DNA of 64,000 nt from Dictyostelium discoideum (Eukaryota): NCBI GenBank assembly GCA_000004695.1, contig CM000150.2, positions 3,264,001-3,328,000 on the forward strand, in the 5' to 3' direction. Shown piece after piece: positions 53,582-64,000 of the stretch. The position numbers were made by a program, and so were the translations under genes. Under the pieces are notes generated by a model. That model saw only the letters and a program-made list of their open reading frames with translations, did no database searches and was not told where the DNA came from. Position 1 is the first letter of the stretch; every line of letters starts with the position of its first letter.

Positions 53582-54816
53582 TTAATGATGTATAGCAGTT
53601 AAATTGGAAGTTGAAGAATGTTTTTGAGATAATAAATTCATTTTGTGTGTGGATGGATTTCTTTTTGTTGGTGTTAAATTACTACTATTATTGGATATTC
53701 CACCACTGCCGCCCAAAGTAGATAAACGTTTTGTTGGAGTTTGAGAATTTGAAATAATTTTGTTGAACGAATTTGGATTGTTTTCAATTGAACCAACAGA
53801 AATATTGTTATTATTATTATTATTGCTATTAATGTTATTATCACAAGAAAAATAACTTAAAAGATTATTTGAACTTGTATTATTACTATTATTATTATTT
53901 TCTTGGTTGGCAATAGTAGAGAAACGTTTTGTTGGAGTTGAAGAACCACTATTATTTACAGAGGGTGAACCAGAGGTAATATTTCTAGTTGGTTTTGGAC
54001 TTGAAGAGATTATTGATAAACGTTTACTTGGTGATAATAAAAGTGATGGCGATGATCTGAATACATCCTTTGATTTTTGTAATTTTGATAAACGTAAATT
54101 TAATGGTGTTGATGGTTGTTGTTGTTGTTGATAAAGTGGTTTTTGTACTTCACTTGATCTTGATAATTGATTATCGAAAACTAAAGATGAATCAAATTCT
54201 TCTTTAAGATCTTTCATAATTAATGAATCAATATCAACATTTTCAATAGTATCAATTTCTGTTGTAGTTGTTGTTGTTGCAATAGCTGTTGGTACTGGTT
54301 CAGTGGCGATTTCAACATTATCAACATTACTATTGATTGTTGGTTCAATTTCAGTAATAATTTCTTCTTTTTCTTCTTCTTTTTCTTCCTCTTTCTCAAC
54401 TTCTTTTTCTTTATCAGAATTATCTTTGATTTCATTTTCTAACATTTCTTTAAATGATAAATATACAGTGGTGTCCTCTTGAATTGGACTTGATGGAATT
54501 GAAATTTGGTTTTGATTCAAAGATTTTGTGAATGGTGATGAACATGTTCCTTCAGTGGTGGTGGTAGTTGTAGTAGTTGTAAAGTTGGCATTATTATTTT
54601 TTAAATTATGAATTGGGGTTCTAGAGATTTTAAGGGAAGGTGATCTTGGATCAAAATTCATTTTAATTGGAGTTCTTGTGAATTTGATTGATGGTGATCT
54701 TGGATCAAATAATAATAATGAAATTTGTTTCTTTGGTTTAATTTGAATTGGTGATCTTTTAAATTTATTATTTGATGGTGATCTTGGATCAATTAATAGA
54801 TTATTATTATTATTAC

Positions 54817-54889
<73 letters not shown>

Positions 54890-55144
54890 TGTGGTATTTT
54901 TAATTTTATTTAATTGAATTGGTGATCTTTTAAATCTATTATTTGATGGTGATCTTGGATCAAAGAAAGCTTGATTACTATAATTTTTTTTAAATGGTGT
55001 TCTTTTAATTGACTTTGATGGTGATCTTGGATCAAACATTTCTATTTTATTTTCATTATTTTTTTCATCACCTCCGATATTATTATTATTATTATCATTT
55101 ATTTCTGAGCCAAAAGAAAGAAATTGTTTTTTAAAAAATTGCAT
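53582..55144 (-). CDS. Low-complexity protein (520 aa) containing six copies of an 'FDPRSPS-x(3-5)-(K/R)-(T/S)-P-I' repeat
   Basis: MFDPRSPSKSIKRTPF, FFDPRSPSNNRFKRSPIQ, LIDPRSPSNNKFKRSPIQ, LFDPRSPSIKFTRTPIK, NFDPRSPSLKISRTPIH in ORF 53582..55144; also acidic EKEEE stretch and S/T-rich C-terminus; ATG at 55144. Confidence 0.55.
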
Positions 55145-55213
55145 TTTTTTTTTTTTTTTTTATTTTTTTATTTTTTTTTTTTATTTATTTATTTTTGTTT
55201 TATTGTACAATTA

Positions 55214-55330
55214 TTTATATTTATATTTATATTTATATTTATATTTATATTTATATTTATATTTATATTAATATTATATTTATATTTATATTTATAGTTA
55301 TGAAAATATATTTATATTTATATCTATCTC
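55214..55330. repeat. (ATATTT)n hexanucleotide microsatellite
   Basis: 'atttatatttatatttatatttatat…' ~18 units. Confidence 0.85.
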
Positions 55331-55945
55331 TATATTTATCTTTATCTTTATATTTATATTATCTTTATCTTTATTAACTTTAAAATTTTAATAATAATAA
55401 TAAAAAAAAAAAAAAAAAAAAATTATTAAATTTAATAATAAAATAATTTATTGCAAAAAAAAAAAAACCCATAATTTTTCCAACAGTTGGCATAAATTTT
55501 CAAAATATTGGCGCGATTGTTTTAAAAAAATCAGGGGAAAAAATAATTTAAATTATTTAAATTGTGAAATTTTAAATGTCACTTTCATAAAAATTTTATA
55601 AGGGTGTTTGTCCATAGTAGGTTGGTGTTTGTCGCCTTTTTTTTTTTTTTTTATAATTTTGTGTATAACAAATTTCTTTGGAAATGCTCGCAGATTTATT
55701 TTTTGAAAAAAAAAAAAAAAAAAAAAAAAAAATTGTTGTGAGCAAATTTGGCAATATTAATATTTACAATTTATGATTTATTTGGATTTAAATAAAAATT
55801 CATTTTTATGTTATTATGTAAAGAATTATTATTTATGTGTGGTTTGAGGTTTATGTACATTTATCAATAATTATTATTATTGTTATTATTATTGTTAATT
55901 ATTGTTATTATTTTAATATTAATTATATTAATTATTAATTATTAT

Positions 55946-57002
55946 TTATTGATTTGAACAACCACTAGGTACTGGAAAACTTGAAGTATCATCTCTTTTT
56001 GGATATCTATCAAGTGTAGCGTAGTGATTTATAGTTTTCTTTCTTCTTTGCATTTCAGTTTCATCTGGATATTCTTTCGTTGGTTCCCATAAACAAATAT
56101 AAGGATCTATACCACTCGTTGCTATACATGGTTCATTTGGATGACATACAACACTATTTACATGTGAATCGTGGCCTTCTAAAATTCTAACGATTTTTGC
56201 AGACTCTTTATCCCAAATAAATAGTTTTGAATCATCTGAACCAGATACTATATATTCGGAATTTGGACCATAAAAATTTACAGATTTAATAGTTTGTTCA
56301 CTAACATGACCAGAATAAACTTGTTTAAATGTTTTTGGTAAAAATGGTTTGGAATTATTCTTTTCACTATCTTGTTGATCTTCTTCATCCTTATCTTCAT
56401 TATCATCGCCATCATCATCACTTTCATTTCCATAATAGCTATCATCACTTTCGTCATCATCATCTTCTTCTTCTTCTTCACCATTATTACTATCATCTTC
56501 GGTTAAATTTTCTTGGTCATTATCGTTATCGTCACTATTATCATCGCCGTCATCATCATCATCATCATCATCTCTTTGTTCAATTAATCTTGCCTCAACT
56601 AAAAGTTGATGATAATAATCAAAAATAAGTGATAGATCTTGTTCATCACTATCAAGTTCATCTTCATAATTAGCAACATTATCATTTTCACTATTATTAT
56701 CATTTTCAAGTTCTTCTTCTTCTTCTTCTTCTTCTTCTTCTTCTTCTTCTTCTTCTTCTTCTTCTTCTCCCTCTTGTTCTTCTTGTTCTTCCTCTTTTTC
56801 TATTTTTTCATTTTCACTATCATTTATTCCATTTTCCTCTTCTTTGTCATCTTTAGTACTCTTATAATCTTTTTCAATTTCTTTCTCCTCTTTATCATCT
56901 TCCTGTTCTTCTTTTTCATTTTTCATTTTAAAATTTGAATCAGAATTATCTGTTTCATCATTTAAGCTGCTAATGGGTGAGGTTGTTGTATTTGGAGGAG
57001 TT

Positions 57003-57075
<73 letters not shown>

Positions 57076-58896
57076 TATTATTGCTACTACTACTACTACT
57101 ATTGCTATTACTACTACCAATACTACTATTACTACAACTACTTAAACTTATATCACTATCTGTTTTTGCTTTTTTCTTATTTCTTCTCTTCTTTTTATTT
57201 AGTTTGCCAATTTTAGTACTTTTGATTGGATTTTCATTTTTATTACTATCAGTATCGGTTTTATTACTTTCATTTGATCCACTATCATTAATACTACCAC
57301 TACTACTATTACTAGTACGACTTACAATACTTGAACTACTATCTCTTCTTGATCCACTATCATTAATACTACCGCCAACACCCCCACTACTACTACTACT
57401 ACTACCACTACGGTGACTACTTCTACCACCACCACTACTACCATTACTACTATTAATATTACGACTATGACCACGTGAATGATTTGATCTTTTCTTTTTC
57501 TTATTTTTATTTTTATTTTGATTTGAATAATCTTTAAAATAATCTAAAGAATATTCTTTTGAATAATTCTTTTTCAAATCATAAAGATAGATATTATCAT
57601 TTAGATAGGTAACGACGATTTCATTACCATTCTTACTGAATGCACAACCAGTGGCTTCATCCTCCGATGGGAAAGGTACCTCTATATTACGATATATATT
57701 TACAAATGATTCACTTGAATGATTTGGTATCATTCTTTGATCGAATAATCTTACCGTTCCATCCGATGATGCTGTAATGAAACTATATCCATCAAATGGG
57801 TGATATTCAACTGAAAATATTGTTGTTTTTGGTATAGATATTGAATATCTAAAACTTCTTCTTAATGGTAATGGATCAAAATTAATTAATAAACTATTAC
57901 CATATTTTATTGGATTTTCATTTAAAGTGGTTTTATTTGTAGTTGTTGTTGTTGTTGTTGTTGATGTTGTTATTGATGAAGAAGGTGAATCTGTTGTTGA
58001 AGTGGATTGTTGTAGTTGTTGTTGAAGTGGTAATGCCATAGTTCTACCTCTACCACCACCAATTACTTGAGGTAGAATTGCTCTATAACCATCATTATTT
58101 GAAGGAGCAGTTTGAATTGGTTGAATTTCCGTATCTTTATATTTTAGTCTAACATCAAAAAGCCTAACTGATCCATCACTAGAAGATGATAAAAATACTT
58201 GTGGTTGAGTTGGACAAACTGATAACTTTAATACTTTTTTACTATGATGTTTATAAACTGTACATTTTTGATTCTCAATATCATAATATCTAATATCCGC
58301 ATCATTTCCACCAGATATAACTTTTCTATTATCATTATTTAAAAAATTGGTTGCAAAAACATTTGTTGAATGTCCACTTTTATTTATTTTTTCAAAAAAA
58401 TAAGAAAAAAAAAAAAGAAAATTATATGTTAATATATCTATACATAATATATATATTATTTTAAAATTCTAATGGTATTACTTACTATAAAGTTGTTAAA
58501 CATTTCCTTTTACCAACATCCCAAATACGAACAGTTTCATCATCACCACCTGAAACAATCAATGATCCATCATCGTTGAAATTAATTGAATTAACACATT
58601 CCTACAAAAAATTTGAAAAGATTTTAAAAAATAAAAAAAAAATAAAGTTAATAATTAATTTTTTTATTTTTTTATTTTTTTGGCAAAAAATGTGTGGTTT
58701 TTTATTTTTTTTTTTATTTTTTATATCTCATTTAATTAAAAATGTTTATACAAACATTATGTCCATGAAGTTCAGTTTTCTCTAGAGTTTCAATGGCATA
58801 ATTTGATTTTGAAAATTCATCTTTTAATTTATTGATACCACTTCGATTTTCTGACAATTCTCTTTCGCATAATAATTGATTGAATTTATTTATCAT
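55946..58896 (-). CDS. DCAF8/WDR42-like WD40 protein (DDB1-CUL4 associated factor family); exons 58756..58896, 58486..58601, 55946..58376; ~895 aa with huge acidic (poly-E/D) and Ser/Asn inserts
   Basis: Collinear with DCAF8: '[12 protein letters not shown]', '[14 protein letters not shown]', '[14 protein letters not shown]', C-terminal '[83 protein letters not shown]'; donors gtttgt (58755), gtaagt (58485); acceptors ttttgtag (58602/3), aaataaaag (58377/8); upstream limit of exon 1 (ATG 58896) uncertain. Confidence 0.75.
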
Positions 58897-59636
58897 TTTT
58901 TTCTGGAATTCTTTTTTTTTTTTTTTTTTTTTTTATTTTATTTATTATTTTTTTTTCTCTTTAGAGTTACTTTACCCAATGATTCCCCCATAAAGTGTAC
59001 GATTTTTATTTTTATTTTTATTATTATTATTGTTATTATTGTTATTTTTTTATTTATTTTACTATTTGTTTACAATTGCTAATATATATAGATTTATTTA
59101 TTTGAATATAAATATTATAAAATTGAATATTGATACCCTATTGAAATAATCCTTTTTTTTGTTTCTTTGGTTTTTTTTTTGTTACTTTAGTATCTTTAAA
59201 ATAAAAAAATAAAAAAACAAAAAAAATAAAAAAAATAAAAAAAAAATAAAAAAAAAAAAAATAAAAAAAAAAATAAAATAAATAAAAAATAAAAAAAATA
59301 AAAAATTTAAAAATTGTTTAAACTAAGTAAGTATTTGGAATGTTTAAAAAAAAAAAATAAAAAATTAAAATATAAATTTGGAAAAAAAATATTTTTTTGA
59401 GGTCAAGGATTACTGTTAATATTTTTATAAATTAATTGAAAGATAAGATAAAATTTATAAAATACAAATAAAAATTTTTTATTTTTTTTAGTCAGTTTTT
59501 GGATAAAAAGCAATTTTTTTTTTTTAATATTATTTTTTTTTTTAATATTATTTTTTTTTTTTATTTTTTTTTTTATATTATTTATATCTTTTTTTTTTTT
59601 TTTATTTAATTAAATCTTTTTTTTTTTCTTTTTTTT

Positions 59637-59675
<39 letters not shown>

Positions 59676-59736
59676 CTTTTTTCTTAAAATTGTAAAAACT
59701 TGGGAAAAAAAAAAATTGAATGAAAATTTTTGATTT

Positions 59737-62004
59737 TTAATGTCTACCTCTTTTTTGTCTGGCAGAATGTTCTCTTTGACCAATTTGTTTATCTCTAAAT
59801 GATTTAAGTGATTTTCCTCTAACTTTTTTAGTTTTGAGAGTGAGAACGAATGGTTTGGTGACTTTTGCTTTGTATTCATTTGTAGTGGATTTACCAGTTT
59901 TATCTCTTCTACTTGCTTTACTACCATAACCACCATCTCTACCCTCCTTTGCTCTTGCAATTCTTTCCAATTTCTCTTCTTTCTTCTTTTTATGAGCACC
60001 TTGTAAATCTTCTGGTCTAATTAAACCATGAACATTTTCACCATTTTCATCATCATCTTGATCCATATCTTCATATTGTTTATTATTTTCTCTAGCTTCT
60101 TTTAATATTCTTAATTTTCTAATTCTAATTAATTCTTCATCTGTTAAAACTTTAATATCATCAGTTCTTAAAACTTCAACTTTTTCTTTTTGTTGTGATT
60201 TCTTCTTTGTTGGTTTAATTTCTTCTTCTTCTTCTTCTTCAACTTCTTCCTCAACTTCTTCCCATTCTTCATCATCATCGTCATCACCTTCAATTTCTTC
60301 ACCTGATTCCCAATCTCCTTCTTCGTCATCTTCCAATTCTTCTTCATCTACTTCTTCTTCATCTTCTTCATCCTCAACCTCTTCATCCTCTTCACCTTCT
60401 TCATCATCATCATCAGAAACCCATTCAGAATTATTATCATCATCAGCAGTAGTAGTATTAACATCTTCCCAACCTTCATCATCAGAATCAGAATCAGAAT
60501 CATCATCAGATTCAAATTCTTCACCAGCTTCAATTGCGTCTAATCTTGCATTTAATTCTTCATCCATTAATAAATCTAAACCGTCAATACCTTGACTAAC
60601 TTTTTGATGACCAAAAGCTAATAAACCAATATCAGTTTTATTTTTACCTCTTTCTTTCTTTGGTAACATTGATGGATAATTATCTTTAAAGAATTGAAGT
60701 AAACTTTTACTTGCCATGGCAACACCTTTTTCTTTCTTTTCTCTATACTGAATGAGATCAGCTAAAAGCACTGTATCAATTGCTAATGGACAACGTGAAC
60801 AAATTGAACGAATTGTATTTAACCCAATTGCAATAACATCGGAACCACAACCATCATTAACGAAATATTTGGCGATTGTCATAACCAATGGTTTCAATAC
60901 ATCCGGATCAACCAATTCATGACATGACTGTGCCAACACTGCCAATAGATATGTGATATTCTTTTGATGTGGTTGTAAATATTTTTGAAGGAATGGATAG
61001 AAATTGTAAACCATCAATTTATGAACGTAAATTAAACGTGATATAAAATTCATTATCATAATTCTAGTCTCAAACTTTTCAGTTGTCTTTACCAATACAT
61101 TGAATAATTTATCACAGTATCCTTGTGGGTCGTGAATCAACTCAATTGCTGGGAAATTTGGTTGCAACTTATTGTCCTCCTCTTGTTTGGCTTTCTTTAA
61201 ATCAACTTTACTCTTTGCTAAACGTGTTATTCTACCCTTTGTCTTTTTACCAACACGATGTGCCAATGATTTCTTTCTAAAGTTATCCTTTGCTCTCTTC
61301 TCTTTCACTGCTTCATCCTCTTCCTCTTCATCTGGTTTATCTGGATTATCAATATGTAAAAAGAAATTTAATGTTGTAATTAAAATCTTTGAATTTTTTG
61401 AAAATACACCATTTGAAATAACATTAACAGTCTTTGTATCGTGCCTATACATATATATTGTTTTTTTTTTTTTTTTTTTTTTAAAATTAAATTTATAAAA
61501 TTAATAAAAAGAAGATTTCTAAATTTCCACCCCTTATTTTTTTTTTTTTTTTTACTTACCAAATCTTTTTTCTAAATAATTCTATCATAACTTTTAATGA
61601 CATTTTTGAAGCAATTTCAGAATCATCATTCATCATTGTAAACATGAAATTTTGAAGTGTTCTATTTAATTTTTGATTCTTTTGTTTTAAATTTGTATTT
61701 TTAATATCAGCAACAATATGTGAATATAATAATGAACGAAGTGGTTTATCATGAACTCTAAATAATTTGAAAAATAATGATAACATTTGAATTTGTGGTA
61801 ATAAATTACGATTTCTCATTAAAATTAAACTTTTTGCTAAAATTCTTCTTAATTCTGGTTCTAAATTATTACAATTATTTTCTAATAAATCTGAAATTTG
61901 TTTTGGAAATTCTGATAATTCTTTTGGATAACATACACAAACCTTAATTTTAATTAATTAATAATAAAAAAAAAAAAAATTTGTATTAATATTATAATTT
62001 TAAC

Positions 62005-62035
<31 letters not shown>

Positions 62036-62298
62036 ATGAAAATAATAATCATAATATAATAATAATAATTATTATTATTATTATTAAGTTAAATAAAATA
62101 TTCTTTAGTTATACTTACATGACTTAAATAACTAACTAATTGAGAAAAATGTTTAAATTCTTTAGTTGGTTTTAATTGAAAGATTTGTAATTGTGTTAAA
62201 TAATGTTGGTATTGTAATAAAAATTCCTCTTTATAAGCAGATGGATCACGTTTTGTTAAATTTTGAAGTTGTAAAAGATCTAAAATTCTTGTACCCAT
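59737..62298 (-). CDS. SDA1 (SDAD1) homologue, pre-60S ribosome export/nucleolar protein; 3 exons (62119..62298, 61560..61942, 59737..61444), ~756 aa
   Basis: Collinear with SDAD1: exon1 'LQLQNLTKRDPSAYKEEFLLQYQHY', exon2 'LLYSHIVADIKNTNLKQKNQKLNRTLQNFMFTMMNDDSEIASKMSLKVMIELFRKKIW', exon3 'HDTKTVNVISNGVFSK…NFPAIELIHDPQGY…FYPFLQKYLQPHQ…CPLA…'; donors gtaagt (62118, 61559), acceptors attaag (61943/4), gtatag (61445/6); acidic E/D-rich central region. Confidence 0.85.
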
Positions 62299-62543
62299 TT
62301 TTTTTTCTATAAATTAATTGTTTGGCGTACCTCCCTTTTACGATTGATTATGAAAAAAAAAAAAAAAAAAAAATTTAGGAAAAAAAAAAAAAAAAAAAAA
62401 AAAAAAACCGACCGAAAATGATTTTTTTTTTATTTTATTTTTATTTTATTTTTTTCTTTTATTTTTATTTGGCATTTGAATTTTTTTTTTTTTTTTTTCT
62501 TAACAAAAATTTTATTTTTAGAATTTAATTATTTACTAAGTTC

Positions 62544-62676
<133 letters not shown>

Positions 62677-62878
62677 AGTTTTTATAAAAAAAAAGTTTAA
62701 ACATTAATTTTAATATATAAAAATAATTAATTAGCTTTATTAAAATTTTAATCATGAATACATGATCTACTTTTTTTATATAAATAAATAAAATTAAATT
62801 GAAAATTAATAAAATAAATAAATAAATAAATAATTAAATAAATAAATAAATAAATTTTGAATAAATATTTTTTTTTTT

Positions 62879-63583
62879 TTATAAATTAAACTCTTCATCA
62901 TAATTTACTAATGGTTTGAATGATGGTTCACCTTCATCTTCATTTGGAGAGTAGATAGGTCCGGTTAAAAGTAAAGGAATATCACTGCTATTTGATCCAA
63001 TCAAACCAGTGAATCCTTCATTTAGTTGGATATCCATATTTTCATTATTTTTAATTTTAATTGAAGATAATGGTGGATTTTCAATTGAAATTTCATTTTC
63101 AATGAAATGTCTGAGAATTATTTTGTTCTCAATGTTTTGAAAATATAAATAACATTCAATTAATAAAAATTTAATGCCATTTTTATCTCTATTTGAGAAT
63201 TTGTTATATTTATATTCTCTACCATCCTTATCTACCCCAAATCCTTCAGGATTCATACTACTTCTAAATTTAATATTTTTTTCATTAAATTTTCTGGGAA
63301 GTCTTTTTTTATCTTTGAGTACTAAATGTAAACTACCAACTAAAAAATAAAAAAAAATAAAAAAATAAAAAAAAATTATTATTTAATTCTGATTTAAAAA
63401 ATTTATAATATATAATATAGATAAACACTTACTTAAAGGTGTGGTTTCCATTGATTGATCAATATTTTTAATTGGAATTAAATAATCGTCAATAAAAACT
63501 GACAAATTATTATCGACAATAGAATTAGCATAAAATAAAATTTTAGCATAAATTTCAAAGGATAATTTATTTTTTAAATTTAT

Positions 63584-63586
<3 letters not shown>
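62879..63586 (-). CDS. Hypothetical ~204-aa protein, 2 exons (63433..63586, 62879..63339); family not recognised
   Basis: ATG 63586 MINLKNKLSFEIYAKILFYANSIVDNNLSVFIDDYLIPIKNIDQSMETTPL + phase-1 donor gtaagt (63432); acceptor ttttttag (63340/1); exon 2 IGSLHLVLKDKKRLPRKFNEKNIKFRSSMNPEGFGVDKDGREYKYNKF…VNYDEEFNL* joins ORF 62879..63256 in frame. Confidence 0.5.
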
Positions 63587-63621
<35 letters not shown>

Positions 63622-64000
63622 CCAAAACAAAATTAAATAAAAATAAATATTCAATGGTTAAAAATAAATAGAAATGAATTAAAAAAAAAATTACATTTAC
63701 ATTTATATGTTTTTTATTTTTTTATTTTTTTTTATTTTTTTTTATTTTTATTTTTATTTTTGATCTCAAATCTTAAAATCAAAAATTATTATATTAAAAT
63801 TATTTGTATTTTGTTTATTTTATTGAGTTCAAATAATTGAAAAAAAAAAACAAGAATGCATTGTTAATGATACTATGAGAAATTTTTTTTTTTAATTTGT
63901 ATTCATTGCCAATCCCCTTTATAAACTTTTTTTTTTTTTTTTTTAAAGACGGATACTATTTTTAGATAATAACATGGTTATTATTAATATTATTTTTTTT

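Noticed and set aside
59610-59999. Minus ORF with long poly-K C-terminus overlapping the 3' end of the SDA1 gene
   Set aside because: A poly-K run translated from oligo(T/A) 3'UTR in a different frame from the SDA1 CDS. Typical low-complexity artefact.

Overview
The window is eukaryotic nuclear DNA from an extremely AT-rich genome. Features that fit Dictyostelium discoideum or a close dictyostelid (inference from sequence only):
- short AT-rich introns with GTAAGT/GTATGT donors and (T/A)nAG acceptors;
- long in-frame (CAA)n/(AAT)n tracts encoding poly-Q and poly-N;
- oligo(A/T) intergenic DNA.
Nothing here is prokaryotic: no CRISPR array, no operon and no Shine-Dalgarno signal.

I reconstruct about 25 protein-coding genes, most on the minus strand and several with introns, plus one tRNA-Pro(UGG). 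Confidently recognised by family motifs:
- glucosidase II alpha (GH31, modA-like);
- L-fucokinase;
- ITFG2-like KICSTOR subunit;
- ataxin-2 (LSm + LsmAD + PAM2);
- DCAF8-like WD40 protein;
- SDA1;
- JMJD5/KDM8 JmjC protein;
- NOL1/NOP2/Sun m5C RNA methyltransferase;
- an eIF4E-family cap-binding protein;
- a GH25 lysozyme;
- a UBX-domain protein;
- a C2+WW protein;
- a LAMTOR2/roadblock C-terminal exon.

Observations that stood out:
1. A ~0.93 kb direct segmental duplication. Each copy carries an intact 2-exon gene for an 88-aa protein of unknown family, and the two copies bracket the LAMTOR2-like gene and one other gene.
2. A pair of paralogous small secreted Cys-containing peptides.
3. The eIF4E domain continues, apparently in frame, into a ~750-aa disordered region ending in a predicted transmembrane tail anchor.
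4. A protein with six 'FDPRSPS..(K/R)(T/S)PI' repeats.
5. A tRNA-Pro with an upstream array of partial tRNA-derived fragments, consistent with tRNA-targeted retroelement scars.
6. CA-rich (G-box/CAE-like) elements upstream of two small minus-strand genes.

Exon boundaries were hand-traced and are approximate to within a few nucleotides. Many six-frame ORFs in low-complexity DNA are antisense or poly-A/T artefacts and were rejected.
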